64,000 bases of DNA from NCBI GenBank assembly GCA_964057225.1, contig OZ059894.1, positions 10,044,001 to 10,108,000 of the forward strand, in the 5' to 3' direction. This document shows positions 63,601 through 64,000 of the stretch, piece after piece. Source of the DNA: Auanema rhodensis (taxonomy: Eukaryota; Animalia; Nematoda). Both the position numbers and the translations under genes were made by a program. Positions within the stretch are counted from its first letter, which is position 1. Each line of letters begins with the position of its first letter. Below the pieces are notes generated by a model. The model had not been told where the DNA came from and did no database searches. It saw only the letters and a list, made by a program, of their open reading frames with translations.

Positions 63601-64000
63601 TAGAGGACAGTGAAAAATAAGAATTAAAAAATAATTCCAATATCTAAAATGATTTTTAGGAGAGAAAGGGAGCAGAGAGTGAATACCGGACAAGAGGCAC
63701 CTGGAGAATTAGCAGATGTAAAGCCAGTGTTAATAAATAGTTGGTGTAAAAGATGACTACAATAGTACAGAAATAAATTTTGCCGTTCTTTCTTGAGAAA
63801 AAAAAACAGAAGAAAAAAAGAAGAAAAAAACAATAAAATGTATCACAATATATAGGACTATGTAAATTATATATATATGAACAAGGCAAAATACATATAA
63901 CCAGCAGCAAACTTAGCACCGAAATAGGCATTGATATAGGTGAACACATACGAGGAATTTCCTATTGAAGCAGACACAAGGAAGGGCAGTAAACCACATT

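Noticed and set aside
24254-63949. Many 60-140 aa Phe/Leu/Ser-rich minus-strand ORFs and RE/SL-repeat ORFs
   Set aside because: Products of T/C-rich introns and microsatellites, with non-ATG starts, no splice-consistent structure and no domain signal.
1-64000. Transposons, CRISPR arrays, rRNA, prokaryotic operons
   Set aside because: No transposase or reverse transcriptase ORF, terminal inverted repeats, repeat-spacer periodicity or rRNA-like sequence was seen; the DNA is spliced eukaryotic sequence.

Overview
AT-rich eukaryotic DNA from a rhabditid (clade V-like) nematode, judged from TTTCAG splice acceptors, many 45-60 nt introns and abundant (GA)n/(CT)n microsatellites. Most entries in the ORF track are spurious or are exon fragments read into introns. 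Splicing by hand with phase checks gives five genes. (1) An LPGAT1/acl-14-like acyltransferase (minus strand, 3' end outside the window). (2) A dcar-1-like GPCR (minus, 10 exons, 400 aa). (3) An unidentified four-transmembrane protein with a long Pro/Ser-rich N-tail (plus, 10 exons, 416 aa). (4) A uig-1/PLEKHG-like DH-PH RhoGEF (minus, 22 exons, 954 aa, with two 8-9 kb introns). (5) An orphan rhodopsin-like GPCR (minus, 9 coding exons, 388 aa). I found no tRNA, rRNA, CRISPR array or recognisable transposon, and no clearly new multi-gene system. The best leads are non-coding or sub-genic: a candidate 24-nt microexon made almost entirely of (AG)n; dispersed clusters of (T/C)ACGTGA; purine-skew flips marking candidate alternative or bidirectional promoters with antisense mini-ORFs; shared rare motifs; a back-to-back poly(A) site; and degron and actin-binding motifs in the RhoGEF. 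Gene symbols come from recalled sequence similarity, not from a database search.
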